Source: Nitrospinota bacterium
GTDB taxonomy: Bacteria; Nitrospinota; Nitrospinia; Nitrospinales; VA-1
Assembly (NCBI GenBank): GCA_028345515.1
Contig: JAOMDP010000010.1
Coordinates: forward strand, 563 to 64,562
Direction of reading: 5' to 3'
DNA: 64,000 nucleotides
Of this stretch, positions 1-8,977 are shown piece by piece. A model generated the notes under the pieces. That model saw nothing but the letters and a program-made list of their open reading frames with translations. It made no database searches and had not been told where the DNA came from. The position numbers were made by a program, and so were the translations under genes. Each line of letters begins with the position of its first letter. Positions within the stretch are counted from its first letter, which is position 1.

Positions 1-275
1 GCGGTGTGCAGGGCATCCAATAGGTTGAAAGTCATTATACTCATAGCAACCATATCTGGTTGAACCTCTTTAACGCGCCGAGATAATTCTTCTTGCGAGA
101 CATTTTCTGGAGGGCAATCTATAAAGACTGGCTGATTACCCGTTTCGCGTTCATAATATGCTGCAACATAGAGCAGTCCTAGTTTCGGATAATAGCCTTT
201 GCCACCTTCCAGTGCTTTTGGCACGGAAGACTCAAGGGAAATAGTTTCGGGTGGGACGAGGAATAAAATTTTCAT
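1..275 (-). CDS. B12-binding-domain radical SAM protein, N-terminal fragment (gene continues beyond the window start)
   Basis: Own translation of the minus strand from the ATG at 275-273 gives MKILFLVPPETISLESSVPKALEGGKGYYPKLGLLYVAAYYERETGNQPVFIDCPPENVSQEELSRRVKEVQPDMVAMSIMTF... The P.LGLLYVAA / D / PD.V..S pattern resembles the cobalamin-binding N-domain of class B radical SAM enzymes. The CxxxCxxC core would lie outside the window. Confidence 0.45.
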   Translation of the reverse strand, partial: MKILFLVPPETISLESSVPKALEGGKGYYPKLGLLYVAAYYERETGNQPVFIDCPPENVSQEELSRRVKEVQPDMVAMSIMTFNLLDALHT

Positions 276-348
276 GGGTTTTAACGACTTTTTCCTTTAA
301 AATCAGACTCTTATTTTACCACAGAATATTTCGAAAGGACGGTTTAGG

Positions 349-1320
349 GTGAAGCCTGTCGTCACGGTTACTAATTTATTTCCTGAAAAAGCGTTAGAAA
401 AGCTAAGTCCCTATTGTGATTTGAGAACCAATCAAACTGAAAACTCTCCCTCCGCTTCGGTATTGGCAAAAATCGCCTCCGAAAGCTTTGTCATGATCAC
501 CTATTTATCGGACAAAATTGATTCGACCATTATAGATAAGGCATCAAATTTAAAGCTTATTGCTAATTATGGGGCCGGATTCAACAATATCGATGTGGGT
601 TATGCCGCAAGAAAGAGAATCTGGGTTACTAACACTCCAAATGTGTTGCATGAGACAACTGCAGACCTGACTTGGTCCATGATCTTAGGCGTGGCGCGAA
701 ATATTGTTCCGGCAGACCGGTTTACCCGCGAAAACCAGTTTAAAGGGTGGTCAGCTGGTATGTATCTAGGGGGAGATGTACATGGAAAAACTCTCGGGGT
801 AATAGGTTGCGGTGAGATAGGTTCCGCGGTAGCACGAAGGGCAACTGGATTCAATATGAAAGTTCTCTATTTCAACCGTAACCGAATATCAGCGGAAAAA
901 GAAAAGGAACTTAATGCAGAATTTGTAGGGCTGAAAAAATTACTAGAGCAATCCGATTTTGTCACAGTTCATGTGCCGCTGACAGATCAAACAAATTTTA
1001 TGATTGGACGTGACCAAATATCAATAATGAAACCTACTGCATATTTTATTCACACAGCGCGTGGGAAGGTGGTCGATGATCAGGCTTTAGTTGAAGCCTT
1101 GAAAGAAAAAAGAATTGCAGGAGCTGCTTTAGATGTTTACGAAAACGAACCAGTATTAACAGAGGGCATGACGGAATTACAAAACCTGATGCTGTTACCC
1201 CATATTGGCAGTGCTAGCTATGCGACCAGAAATAAAATGGCTGATTTAGTTGCAGATAATGTTTTGGATGTTTTAAAGGGTAATCCTCCACGCTGTATCG
1301 TTCCATCATGGGTTAAGTAA
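349..1320 (+). CDS. D-isomer-specific 2-hydroxyacid dehydrogenase (glyoxylate/hydroxypyruvate reductase-like)
   Basis: 323-aa ORF with a GTG start. It has the Rossmann motif GVIGCGEIGSAVARR and the family segments HTARG, LDVYENEP and PHIGSAS. Confidence 0.85.
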   Translation: MKPVVTVTNLFPEKALEKLSPYCDLRTNQTENSPSASVLAKIASESFVMITYLSDKIDSTIIDKASNLKLIANYGAGFNNIDVGYAARKRIWVTNTPNVLHETTADLTWSMILGVARNIVPADRFTRENQFKGWSAGMYLGGDVHGKTLGVIGCGEIGSAVARRATGFNMKVLYFNRNRISAEKEKELNAEFVGLKKLLEQSDFVTVHVPLTDQTNFMIGRDQISIMKPTAYFIHTARGKVVDDQALVEALKEKRIAGAALDVYENEPVLTEGMTELQNLMLLPHIGSASYATRNKMADLVADNVLDVLKGNPPRCIVPSWVK

Positions 1321-1323
1321 GAA

Positions 1324-2421
1324 CTAGACATTAAATCTAAAGTGCATGATGTCTCCGTCCTGGACAATATATTCTTTGCCTTCGATTCTAAGTTTTCCGG
1401 CCTCTTTTATACCTGCTTCGGTTTTATATTTTTTTAGGTCTTCCAGACAATACACTTCTGCTCGGATAAAACCTTTTTCAAAGTCCGAATGAATTGCTCC
1501 TGCGGCCTGGGGAGCTTTTGAGTTTTTTGGAATCGTCCAGGCGCGAGTTTCTTTTTCCCCTGCTGTAAAATAGGTCGATAATTCGAGTAATCCATAGCCG
1601 GTGGCTATCATGCGATCGAGTCCTGTTTTAGTGAGCCCCATTTCCTGCATGAACATTTGCTGCTCTTCCGGGTCATCCATTTCCATTATTTCGCTTTCAA
1701 TTTTTCCAGCAAGGGCTACGACTGCTGAACCATCTTGCTTGGCGATGTCTTTTACTTTTAGTACTAGGTCACTTTCTGCGTCGCCCGGATCTATCATGTT
1801 GCAAATATAAAGAACAGGTTTTGCGCTTAAAAGAGTCAGACTCTGCACAAATTTTTGTGCTTCATCGGAAAGACCGGTCACGCCTCTGACAGGGCGACCC
1901 TCGTTAATTATTTGAATTAGTTTTTTAACCACTTCCATTTGCGAGCGGGCCTCTTTGTCCCCAGATTTAGCAAGTTTTTCTATTTTCGTTTTTCTCCGTT
2001 CTAAGCTTTCCATATCAGCAATCATCAGTTCAGTATTGATGGTATCAATATCCGATGCAGGATCGAGGTTATTACTAACATGCGGGACATTACCATCTTC
2101 AAAACAGCGAACTACATGTGCAATGGCATCCACTTCACGGATGTGGCCAAGAAATTTATTTCCCAAACCTTCGCCCTTAGAAGCGCCTTTAATTAATCCA
2201 GCGATATCGACGAACTCCATAGTAGTGGGTACGATTTTTTGAGTTTTTATATACGAAGTAATGATTTCAAGCCTTTTGTCGGGAACGCTTACGATGCCGG
2301 CGTTCGGTTCAATAGTGGTAAAAGCATAATTACCTGCTTGAGCTTTGGTCCGTGTCAATGCACCAAATAGCGTTGATTTGCCCGCATTGGGGAGGCCAAC
2401 AAGGCCACAGGTGAATCCCAT
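1324..2421 (-). CDS. ychF: Ribosome-binding ATPase YchF (Obg family)
   Basis: P-loop [14 protein letters not shown], 365 aa, and the C-terminal TGS-like end [15 protein letters not shown] typical of YchF. Confidence 0.95.
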   Translation of the reverse strand: MGFTCGLVGLPNAGKSTLFGALTRTKAQAGNYAFTTIEPNAGIVSVPDKRLEIITSYIKTQKIVPTTMEFVDIAGLIKGASKGEGLGNKFLGHIREVDAIAHVVRCFEDGNVPHVSNNLDPASDIDTINTELMIADMESLERRKTKIEKLAKSGDKEARSQMEVVKKLIQIINEGRPVRGVTGLSDEAQKFVQSLTLLSAKPVLYICNMIDPGDAESDLVLKVKDIAKQDGSAVVALAGKIESEIMEMDDPEEQQMFMQEMGLTKTGLDRMIATGYGLLELSTYFTAGEKETRAWTIPKNSKAPQAAGAIHSDFEKGFIRAEVYCLEDLKKYKTEAGIKEAGKLRIEGKEYIVQDGDIMHFRFNV

Positions 2422-2442
2422 AAAATTTTTCCTTCTACTATA

Positions 2443-3849
2443 TTAAGTTGATGTTCCCTGGAAGGGTTTAAGAAAAAACAGCGCCAAGAATACCAGAAAA
2501 GCATAAGCTGAGATAATTTTAAAAAAATCCTGAGGTGATACGAAACTATACAGAGTAAGAAAACAAACTGCTCCAATACTTCCATATGCTCCTGCCAAGC
2601 CTGCCATTTTACCGGTTAAATCTTTATGGATTAAAGGAACTGCTGCGAAACAGGCACCATTACCTGCCTTAAAAAAGATTGAGCCTATTAGAGAAAGGGC
2701 AATTGCACTGGAAAGTTGCCAATTTGAATTTATCTCTCCGATAAACCAGTGGCTCACCAAACCTCCAAATACTAGCAGGGAAAGAGTTCTTCTACGGCCA
2801 AAACGATCCGAAACCCAACCTCCACCGGGACGGGCTACCAGGTTCATAAAAGCATAACTAGCACCTAGGACTCCTGCTAGTTCTATAGAAATTGAGAAAG
2901 TCGTTTCAAGAAACTGTGGGAAAATGGAAACAACAGCCAACTCGGAACCAAAGGTAAGAGAATAAACAAGGCTTAAAATAGCAATCTGACTAAACGGGTA
3001 TATTTTTTTTTCAGTTTCTGAGTTTTCTATTCGGGATAAATTAAACTTCAAACATTGAATCAGGTTGCTAATAAAAACTCCAGATAATCCTGCTATCAAT
3101 ATCCATGATATTGATAAGGAAATTAAATTTAAAGGATGTCCTGTAAGTTTCCATACGAAAAGTATCAAAGCCCCATATATAGGAAATAATAGGATAGATT
3201 GTAAAACTAAATCTTTTTTCGAATGAACTTCTATCGTTCCGTGAATATCTATTTTGTAATCTTGGTTTCTTTTTGGAATGTAAGGACAAAATCTAAAATA
3301 AACAAAAGCCCAAATAATGCAAAGGATACCTGAAAGTGCGGTAGCTATTCTCCAACCCGTGTCTATGGAGAATGGTATTGCAATAAGTGGGAGTGAGAAT
3401 GCAGCAGCAGCAGAACCAAAATTTCCCCAACCAGCATAGATGCCCTGAGCTATTCCCATTTTGTTATCTGGAAACCACTCTGCGATCATTTTTATGCCTA
3501 CCACAAATCCTCCACCAACAATTCCCATTAATAGGCGATTGATCAGCAGGCTCTCGAAACTTTTAGACATGGAAAAAGTTAAGCAAACTAGACCCGCAAA
3601 AAATAGTAGGCAGCTAAAAACTTTTTGTGGACCATATTGATCTGTTAATGACCCAATGACAATGCGTGCCGGGATAGTTAAGGCAACGTTACAAATCATT
3701 AAAATATTAATCTCGGCTTCTTTCAGCCCTAACTGGTACATTATTGTGGTATTAAAGGGCGCCATGTTGAACCATGCAATAAATGTTAGAAAAAATGCAA
3801 TCCAAGTTAAATGTAGGGCGCGAGATTGTGTTTCAGTGAAGCCTAGCAT
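2443..3849 (-). CDS. MFS transporter, nitrate/nitrite porter (NarK/NNP)-like
   Basis: 468 aa and highly hydrophobic, with about 12 TM segments. Two glycine-rich NNP-type signatures are present: GIYAGWGNFGSAAA and GLAGAYGSIGAV. Confidence 0.75.
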   Translation of the reverse strand: MLGFTETQSRALHLTWIAFFLTFIAWFNMAPFNTTIMYQLGLKEAEINILMICNVALTIPARIVIGSLTDQYGPQKVFSCLLFFAGLVCLTFSMSKSFESLLINRLLMGIVGGGFVVGIKMIAEWFPDNKMGIAQGIYAGWGNFGSAAAAFSLPLIAIPFSIDTGWRIATALSGILCIIWAFVYFRFCPYIPKRNQDYKIDIHGTIEVHSKKDLVLQSILLFPIYGALILFVWKLTGHPLNLISLSISWILIAGLSGVFISNLIQCLKFNLSRIENSETEKKIYPFSQIAILSLVYSLTFGSELAVVSIFPQFLETTFSISIELAGVLGASYAFMNLVARPGGGWVSDRFGRRRTLSLLVFGGLVSHWFIGEINSNWQLSSAIALSLIGSIFFKAGNGACFAAVPLIHKDLTGKMAGLAGAYGSIGAVCFLTLYSFVSPQDFFKIISAYAFLVFLALFFLKPFQGTST

Positions 3850-3863
3850 CAGATAGGGGGTGA

Positions 3864-4202
3864 TTACTCCGGGGAGTTTGTCATCAATTGGTGGGATTTC
3901 ACAACGCCGTTTTTATCAAAAACAATAATCATATCCTTGATAATATCGGTACCGAAGGAGTTAACATAGTTATATTCGTAAGTCCAAACAGGATATCCAT
4001 TTTGGATTCCCTTTTTAAAAGGATAACCAAACATCGCCTTGATATCATTTTTGGTGGTCGTTCCTTTTGCGATTCTTATATAAAGTGATTCGTTGAAGTT
4101 TTTTCCTACGCTTCCACAACCCGAAAAAAATATTACTACTAATATTCCGGCAAGCAAGATAAGAAGGGGGTTAATACATTTTTGGTGCCCAATTAGTTTC
4201 AT
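3864..4202 (-). CDS. Small lipoprotein, SmpA/OmlA (BamE)-like
   Basis: Signal peptide with lipobox FFSGC. The segment TKNDIKAMFGYPF...WTYEY resembles the BamE fold pattern. Its ATG overlaps the rng stop by 4 nt. Confidence 0.55.
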   Translation of the reverse strand: MKLIGHQKCINPLLILLAGILVVIFFSGCGSVGKNFNESLYIRIAKGTTTKNDIKAMFGYPFKKGIQNGYPVWTYEYNYVNSFGTDIIKDMIIVFDKNGVVKSHQLMTNSPE

Positions 4203-5728
4203 GAGGATTCGATATAGTATTTTTCACGATGTAGTTTTGGATACACATTAAAAGTGATCTCAAGGCTATTTTGTTTTTCCATTTCCTCAAGAAGTCCACT
4301 ATCTTCTTCAAACAGCATATCGTAAATGATAGGATGCACTTTTATTTCTAGTTTTTTGCTGGTGATATTGTCAGTGCCTCTGCGTTGTATTTCGCGAATT
4401 ATTTCATAGCAGACAGTTGAAGGGCTTTTAATATATCCTTTTCCCTCGCAGTAATCGCAGGGATCGCATAAAGTTTGGACTAGGCTTTCGCGGACTCGCT
4501 TGCGCGTCATTTCTACCAAGCCTAGTTCAGAAATTTTCAGGATGCGGGTGCGTGAACGGTCACTTTTTAAAGCTTGTTTCAAGGCATTTGAAACAATTTC
4601 TTTACTTTCTTCATTAGCCATATCAATGAAATCTACAATAATGATACCGCCAATATTTCTTAAACGTAGTTGGTAGACCACTTCTTTTAAAGCTTCGAGA
4701 TTTGTTTGAAGAATAGTATCTTCTGGATCACTGTGCCCAACAAATTTACCAGTATTAACATCTATTGCAACCAAAGCTTCTGTTTCGTCAATTATGATGT
4801 AGCCTCCAGATTTTAGCCAAATGGTACGGTCTAATGCCCGATTGATATCTGGTTCAACACCGTAATGTTCGAAAATTGGCATGGGATCTTTGTATAATTC
4901 AACTTTATCAGATAAATGCGGCATATAACTGGAACAAAACTCCAGGCATTTGTTGAAGTCAGATTTTGAGTCTATGACCAATCGCTGAGTATCATTGCTA
5001 AAAAGATCACGGATGGACCTAAATATTAGGTTGAGATCTTCGTATATAAGATAGGGCCCACTTATGCCTTCGGATTTTTTTTTCAGGTTTTCCCAAAGTC
5101 GGTGGAGAAAGCTAACATCTGATTGAAAATCTGATTTTTGCGCATCCTGACCTGCAGTGCGCACAATATATCCTTCTCCGTTATTACCAACCTCGCTGAC
5201 GAGTTTTTTTAAACGTTCTTTCTCGTTTTCATCTTCGATTCTTCTGGAAACACTAATATGATTGACCGTTGGCATGTAGACAAGATGCCGGCCCGGGAGG
5301 GTGATGTAATTAGTAATGCGTGCTCCTTTTGTCCCTAATGGGTTTTTTGCAACCTGTACAAGGATTTCCTGACCTTCCTTGAGGATGTTCTGGATTTTTA
5401 TATCGTGGTTGGGGCGGCCCGGCTTTCCTTCAAGCGGATGATCCTTGTCTTCTTCTGCAATTGGAGGTACTTCCAAGGAATCTCCCAGGTCAAGCATATC
5501 AACTACATCAATGTCCCCTACATATAGAAATCCTGCTTTATCAAGGCCAATATCTACAAATGCGACTTGCATTCCAGGAAGAATTTTGGTGACTATGCCT
5601 TTGTAAATATTCCCCACAATTCCCTTGTGAGATTTGTGCTCAATAAACAATTCAACCAAAAGGTTACTTTCCATAAGTGCAACCCGAATTTCTCGTTGAT
5701 TTGAATTGATAAAAATTTCGGAAGACAT
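4199..5728 (-). CDS. rng: Ribonuclease G (Rne/Rng family)
   Basis: S1 domain GNIYKGIVTKILPGMQVAFVDIG, catalytic core IDVNTGKF, Zn-link CDPCDYCEGKG. At 509 aa it lacks an RNase E scaffold tail. Confidence 0.9.
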   Translation of the reverse strand: MSSEIFINSNQREIRVALMESNLLVELFIEHKSHKGIVGNIYKGIVTKILPGMQVAFVDIGLDKAGFLYVGDIDVVDMLDLGDSLEVPPIAEEDKDHPLEGKPGRPNHDIKIQNILKEGQEILVQVAKNPLGTKGARITNYITLPGRHLVYMPTVNHISVSRRIEDENEKERLKKLVSEVGNNGEGYIVRTAGQDAQKSDFQSDVSFLHRLWENLKKKSEGISGPYLIYEDLNLIFRSIRDLFSNDTQRLVIDSKSDFNKCLEFCSSYMPHLSDKVELYKDPMPIFEHYGVEPDINRALDRTIWLKSGGYIIIDETEALVAIDVNTGKFVGHSDPEDTILQTNLEALKEVVYQLRLRNIGGIIIVDFIDMANEESKEIVSNALKQALKSDRSRTRILKISELGLVEMTRKRVRESLVQTLCDPCDYCEGKGYIKSPSTVCYEIIREIQRRGTDNITSKKLEIKVHPIIYDMLFEEDSGLLEEMEKQNSLEITFNVYPKLHREKYYIESS

Positions 5729-5809
5729 ATACTTTTCCCATCAAGGTATTGGTGCAAATTATAACACGTATCGCTTGCTAAAACTTGTCGTGACGTAGCT
5801 GGTAATTAT

Positions 5810-6910
5810 TTAATGGAGTGTACGCCGCATTTCTACATTTAGCAGTAATCCAGCAGCAAAATAATTTGTTATCAATGATGAACCACCATAACTCACAAAA
5901 GGTAAAGGGATACCGGTTATGGGGAAGATTCCTACAGTCATTCCGATATTAAAAATAATATAAAAAGCTATAGAAATAATGAGACCTAATGATAGGAAAA
6001 ATCCAAACCGGTCCGCAGCACGAAAGGCGATGTTCAATCCTTTTAAAATGATAAAGATAAATAAAGAAATTAGAAGGATCACCCCAAAAAATCCAGTTTC
6101 CTCTGCAAAAACAGAAAAAATAAAATCCGTATGCTTTTCAGGAAGAAAGTTGAGCCGGCTCTGGGTACCAGCGAATAATCCTTTACCCCAAAACCCTCCG
6201 GATCCAATAGCTATCTTAGATTGTATGGAGTGATAGCCTGCCCCCAAAGGATCCAAATCAGGATTAAACAGAGTTCTTACTCTTGCTTTTTGGTAGTCCT
6301 TAAGAAAAAACCATAGCGCGGGAGCAAATGCAAGTCCGCTCATAAACAACTTAATCAAAGTCATTCGGTTGATTTCAATAGCCACAATGAATGCAAGGAA
6401 GATAAAAAGAATCATCATGGTAGTGCCAAGATCTGGTTGCACGACGATCAATCCTCCTAATGTTGCTGTTAAAATGGCAGGAACGACCAAATCACGTAAA
6501 GTGTATTGTCCAGAAATTTTTTCGGACTCAAAATATTTTGCAAGAACAATGATAATAGCTATTTTGGCAAACTCTGAAACTTGAATACTAATTGGACCAA
6601 TATAGATCCAACGTTTGGAGCCTGATGCAACGACCCCATTAACTAAAACATAAACCAATCCAAAAAAGGTTAATGTATAAATGAGGAAGGCATAGCGACT
6701 GAACCAGCGATAATCCAATACCAAAGCGAATAGCATGGCAATAAGACCATATAGGATCCAATAAATTTGTTTGATGTAGAGCACACGAAAAAACTCTTCC
6801 GGGCGCGCGTGGTTGGCACTGTATATCGTAACTACACCTATTACAGAAACTGTCAGAATAGCTAGGAAGAAAAACCAATTGAAGTTGGATACGGCGCGAC
6901 GATCAATCAT
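5810..6910 (-). CDS. rodA: SEDS-family peptidoglycan glycosyltransferase, RodA-like
   Basis: Polytopic membrane protein with PEKHTDFIFSVFAEETGF and GIPLPFVSYGGSS. The RodA versus FtsW choice rests only on size and neighbourhood. Confidence 0.75.
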   Translation of the reverse strand: MIDRRAVSNFNWFFFLAILTVSVIGVVTIYSANHARPEEFFRVLYIKQIYWILYGLIAMLFALVLDYRWFSRYAFLIYTLTFFGLVYVLVNGVVASGSKRWIYIGPISIQVSEFAKIAIIIVLAKYFESEKISGQYTLRDLVVPAILTATLGGLIVVQPDLGTTMMILFIFLAFIVAIEINRMTLIKLFMSGLAFAPALWFFLKDYQKARVRTLFNPDLDPLGAGYHSIQSKIAIGSGGFWGKGLFAGTQSRLNFLPEKHTDFIFSVFAEETGFFGVILLISLFIFIILKGLNIAFRAADRFGFFLSLGLIISIAFYIIFNIGMTVGIFPITGIPLPFVSYGGSSLITNYFAAGLLLNVEMRRTLH

Positions 6911-7029
6911 AAGAATAATTTACCATAACATGTTAATAAATATTGAGTTGTTTTGTCTTAACTTCCCATTTGGGTAAACATTGAGATTGTTGGGGATTTA
7001 AGTTATCTTGAGGATTAGGAGAAAAATTT

Positions 7030-7191
7030 ATGGAAAATAAGGATACAAAAAAAATATTGGATGAAGTTTTTGAAGAAAGCGAAAAAGAACAAAAAGAAGA
7101 ACAAAAAGAAGAACAAAAAAAACAAAATACTCGTTTAGCAAAACGTAAAGGTCAGCGTCCTGCTTTCCCTTTTAAAAGAAAAAGCCTTTAA
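7030..7191 (+). CDS. Candidate small protein (53 aa), Glu/Lys-rich with a basic tail
   Basis: Own reading: AGGAG at 7017-7021, 8 nt before the ATG at 7030. Translation is MENKDTKKILDEVFEESEKEQKEEQKEEQKKQNTRLAKRKGQRPAFPFKRKSL, with TAA at 7189-7191. It is below the ORF-track cutoff and I recognise no homology. Confidence 0.35.
   Translation: MENKDTKKILDEVFEESEKEQKEEQKEEQKKQNTRLAKRKGQRPAFPFKRKSL
7087..7122 (+). repeat. Three tandem 12-nt units (gaacaaaaagaa x2, gaacaaaaaaaa)
   Basis: Direct reading of the sequence. The units encode the EQKE repeats of the candidate small ORF. Confidence 0.8.
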
Positions 7192-7534
7192 GAGTTTTTT
7201 AGTAAAAGATAGAAGGTAGATGCTTTTAATTAATAAAATCATTTCCTGAAATGCAGGTGTTCGACATTCACTTATTTGCCTATCAAGTATAACTGAGGCT
7301 AATAGGGGTTCTTATAATCTTTCCGCAAACGACATTCATTACTATATGCTAGCGAGAGTTGGGTTTGATGTTTTCCAACTACCTGTGGAATATTTTATGT
7401 TGTTTTTTGCAGCCGAAATTCGGCTGCGAATCCATAGAGTAACAAGCCTATATTTTTTATTTCAGACTTTACATAGGGCAGGGCCTTCAAGTAGTCAATG
7501 AAGGGATTTAAATCATTTTTCAGGGATAAACTAA

Positions 7535-8050
7535 ATGAAAGATTGCCCATGTGGTTCTAATTTTCCATATACTGATTGTTGTGGGCCTTTGATTCGAGGG
7601 ACTGGCTTTGCAGATACTGCAGAAGATTTGATGCGGTCTCGGTACACCGCGTTCACAGAGAATAATTGGGAATATTTGGTTTTAACAAGCCATCCTGAAG
7701 AAAAAAAAGAAATGGCCCGACTGGAGTCTGCTTTATTGGACCCTAGCGCCCATTGGAAAAAGTTAGAAATACTGGGTATCAGTAAAGGAAGAGAGCAAGA
7801 TAGTGAAGGGCAAATTGACTTTATTGCACATTATGAAAAAGATGGAGACTTGCAGACACTGCGCGAGTCTTCACGGTTTTATAAAGTTAATGGACGATGG
7901 GTCTATAGTAGAAAAGATTCCACTCTTCCTCCTGTCCCTACATCGACTGCTAAAAGGCCCAAGACGTTCATTCGCGGTGAAGCCAAAATTGGTCGTAATG
8001 ATCCTTGCCCTTGTGGGAGCGGTAAAAAATACAAAAAATGTTGCGCTTAA
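7535..8050 (+). CDS. ychJ: YchJ-family protein (UPF0225) with N- and C-terminal SEC-C zinc motifs
   Basis: N-terminal CPCGS...YTDCC, C-terminal [13 protein letters not shown], and a central NTF2-like segment RSRYTAF. Confidence 0.85.
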   Translation: MKDCPCGSNFPYTDCCGPLIRGTGFADTAEDLMRSRYTAFTENNWEYLVLTSHPEEKKEMARLESALLDPSAHWKKLEILGISKGREQDSEGQIDFIAHYEKDGDLQTLRESSRFYKVNGRWVYSRKDSTLPPVPTSTAKRPKTFIRGEAKIGRNDPCPCGSGKKYKKCCA

Positions 8051-8250
8051 TCTAAAACCAATTTAGGCATATAAAGGAGATTGTATAAGGGACTAGATTT
8101 TATAGCTGATCTCAACCCTCTTTGTTCCTAGCCTAGTAAAATTTCCTACTTATTTTTGTTAGAAAAAATAATTGAAACTCTTATCAATAAGGAATTTTAA
8201 ATCTTTATTTATCAATGCTTTTTTATATTGCATACTTTCTAATCAGTAAA

Positions 8251-8288
8251 CCTCAAAGTCCTTATCAATCCCCTTTGAGGGCCTTTTT
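8251..8288 (+). terminator. Intrinsic-terminator-like hairpin
   Basis: A perfect 8-bp stem, CCTCAAAG (8251-8258) with CTTTGAGG (8273-8280), and a 14-nt loop. It is followed by GCC and TTTTT (8284-8288). It lies 200 nt downstream of the ychJ stop. Confidence 0.4.
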
Positions 8289-8295
8289 CCCAACT

Positions 8296-8896
8296 TTTTC
8301 CACAGCTTATTAACAACCTTTGTGGAAAAAAAATAATTTCAAATATCAGCCCTCTGATTTCCCTTCCTAGTATGGCAATGCAAAGGTTTATAGGCATAAA
8401 GCTTTAATATAGGCTTATTATAAGGCTTATATCATTACCTAAAATTATGTAGTCGATGAACTCCTTAAAATCCTGAAGCATCCGCTATAAATAAGCCCAA
8501 GATCATATTTGACTAATAATCTAGAGGGTAAAACATGCGTCAAAATTTTGGTAAACGTTATAACCCTTTAATATAAAGCTATTAGGGAAGACTCAATCGA
8601 TAGAAAATAAATTGTCTTTTTTAACCCTTCAATTCCGGCTGTTGGATTGCCAAGAAATTGTTACCTTATTTTCTCCTTTTATACCTAGCCTAAAGGAGGT
8701 GTTATCTTTCAAAAAGTGTGGAAAACCCTGTATTGCGAGTGAGATTGCCAGTAGAAAATTTTATCTTTAATTTAAAATTTAAAAACCATTGAAAAATAGT
8801 CAGTTATAAATTTTTTCGGACAGATATTAATTTTTCGTTTTGACATTTTTTTTTAAGGTATTAAATCATTATGAGTTTTTTCACATTTAATTCACA
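8296..8896. other. Cluster of DnaA-box-like 9-mers in an AT-rich gene desert (candidate oriC or DnaA-regulated region)
   Basis: Exact matches to TTWTNCACA: TTTTCCACA at 8296-8304 (+), TGTGGAAAA at 8321-8329 and 8717-8725 (-), TTTTTCACA at 8877-8885 (+). TAATTCACA at 8888-8896 has one mismatch. An AT-rich tract with tandem ATTTAAA units lies at about 8765-8870. Confidence 0.4.
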
Positions 8897-8977
8897 ATTT
8901 TGAACTTTATTAAATGTTGAATATACAATCCTTAATTAGAGCTTGTGGAGAGGAGGCTTTAAAGTTTCATCAGATTA

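Noticed and set aside
7087-7122. Tandem 12-nt repeats considered as a CRISPR-like or minisatellite element
   Set aside because: There are only three contiguous units with no spacers, in frame within a small ORF with an SD. This is a coding repeat, not a CRISPR array.
7409-7427. Perfect palindrome GCAGCCGAAATTCGGCTGC as a terminator
   Set aside because: The T-run lies 5' of the stem on the plus strand, which gives an A-run after the stem on the minus strand. It therefore fits neither orientation of an intrinsic terminator, and its function is unknown.
7803-8066. 87-aa ORF overlapping the 3' half of ychJ in another frame
   Set aside because: ychJ is supported by two SEC-C motifs and continuous family similarity. 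The alternative frame has no motifs and ends just past the ychJ stop.
8296-8329. Inverted repeat TTTTCCACA-N16-TGTGGAAAA considered as a terminator hairpin
   Set aside because: On the plus strand it is followed by an A-run, not a T-run. On the minus strand it is followed by AAAGTTGGG. Both arms are exact DnaA-box 9-mers, so I interpret it as a protein-binding inverted pair.
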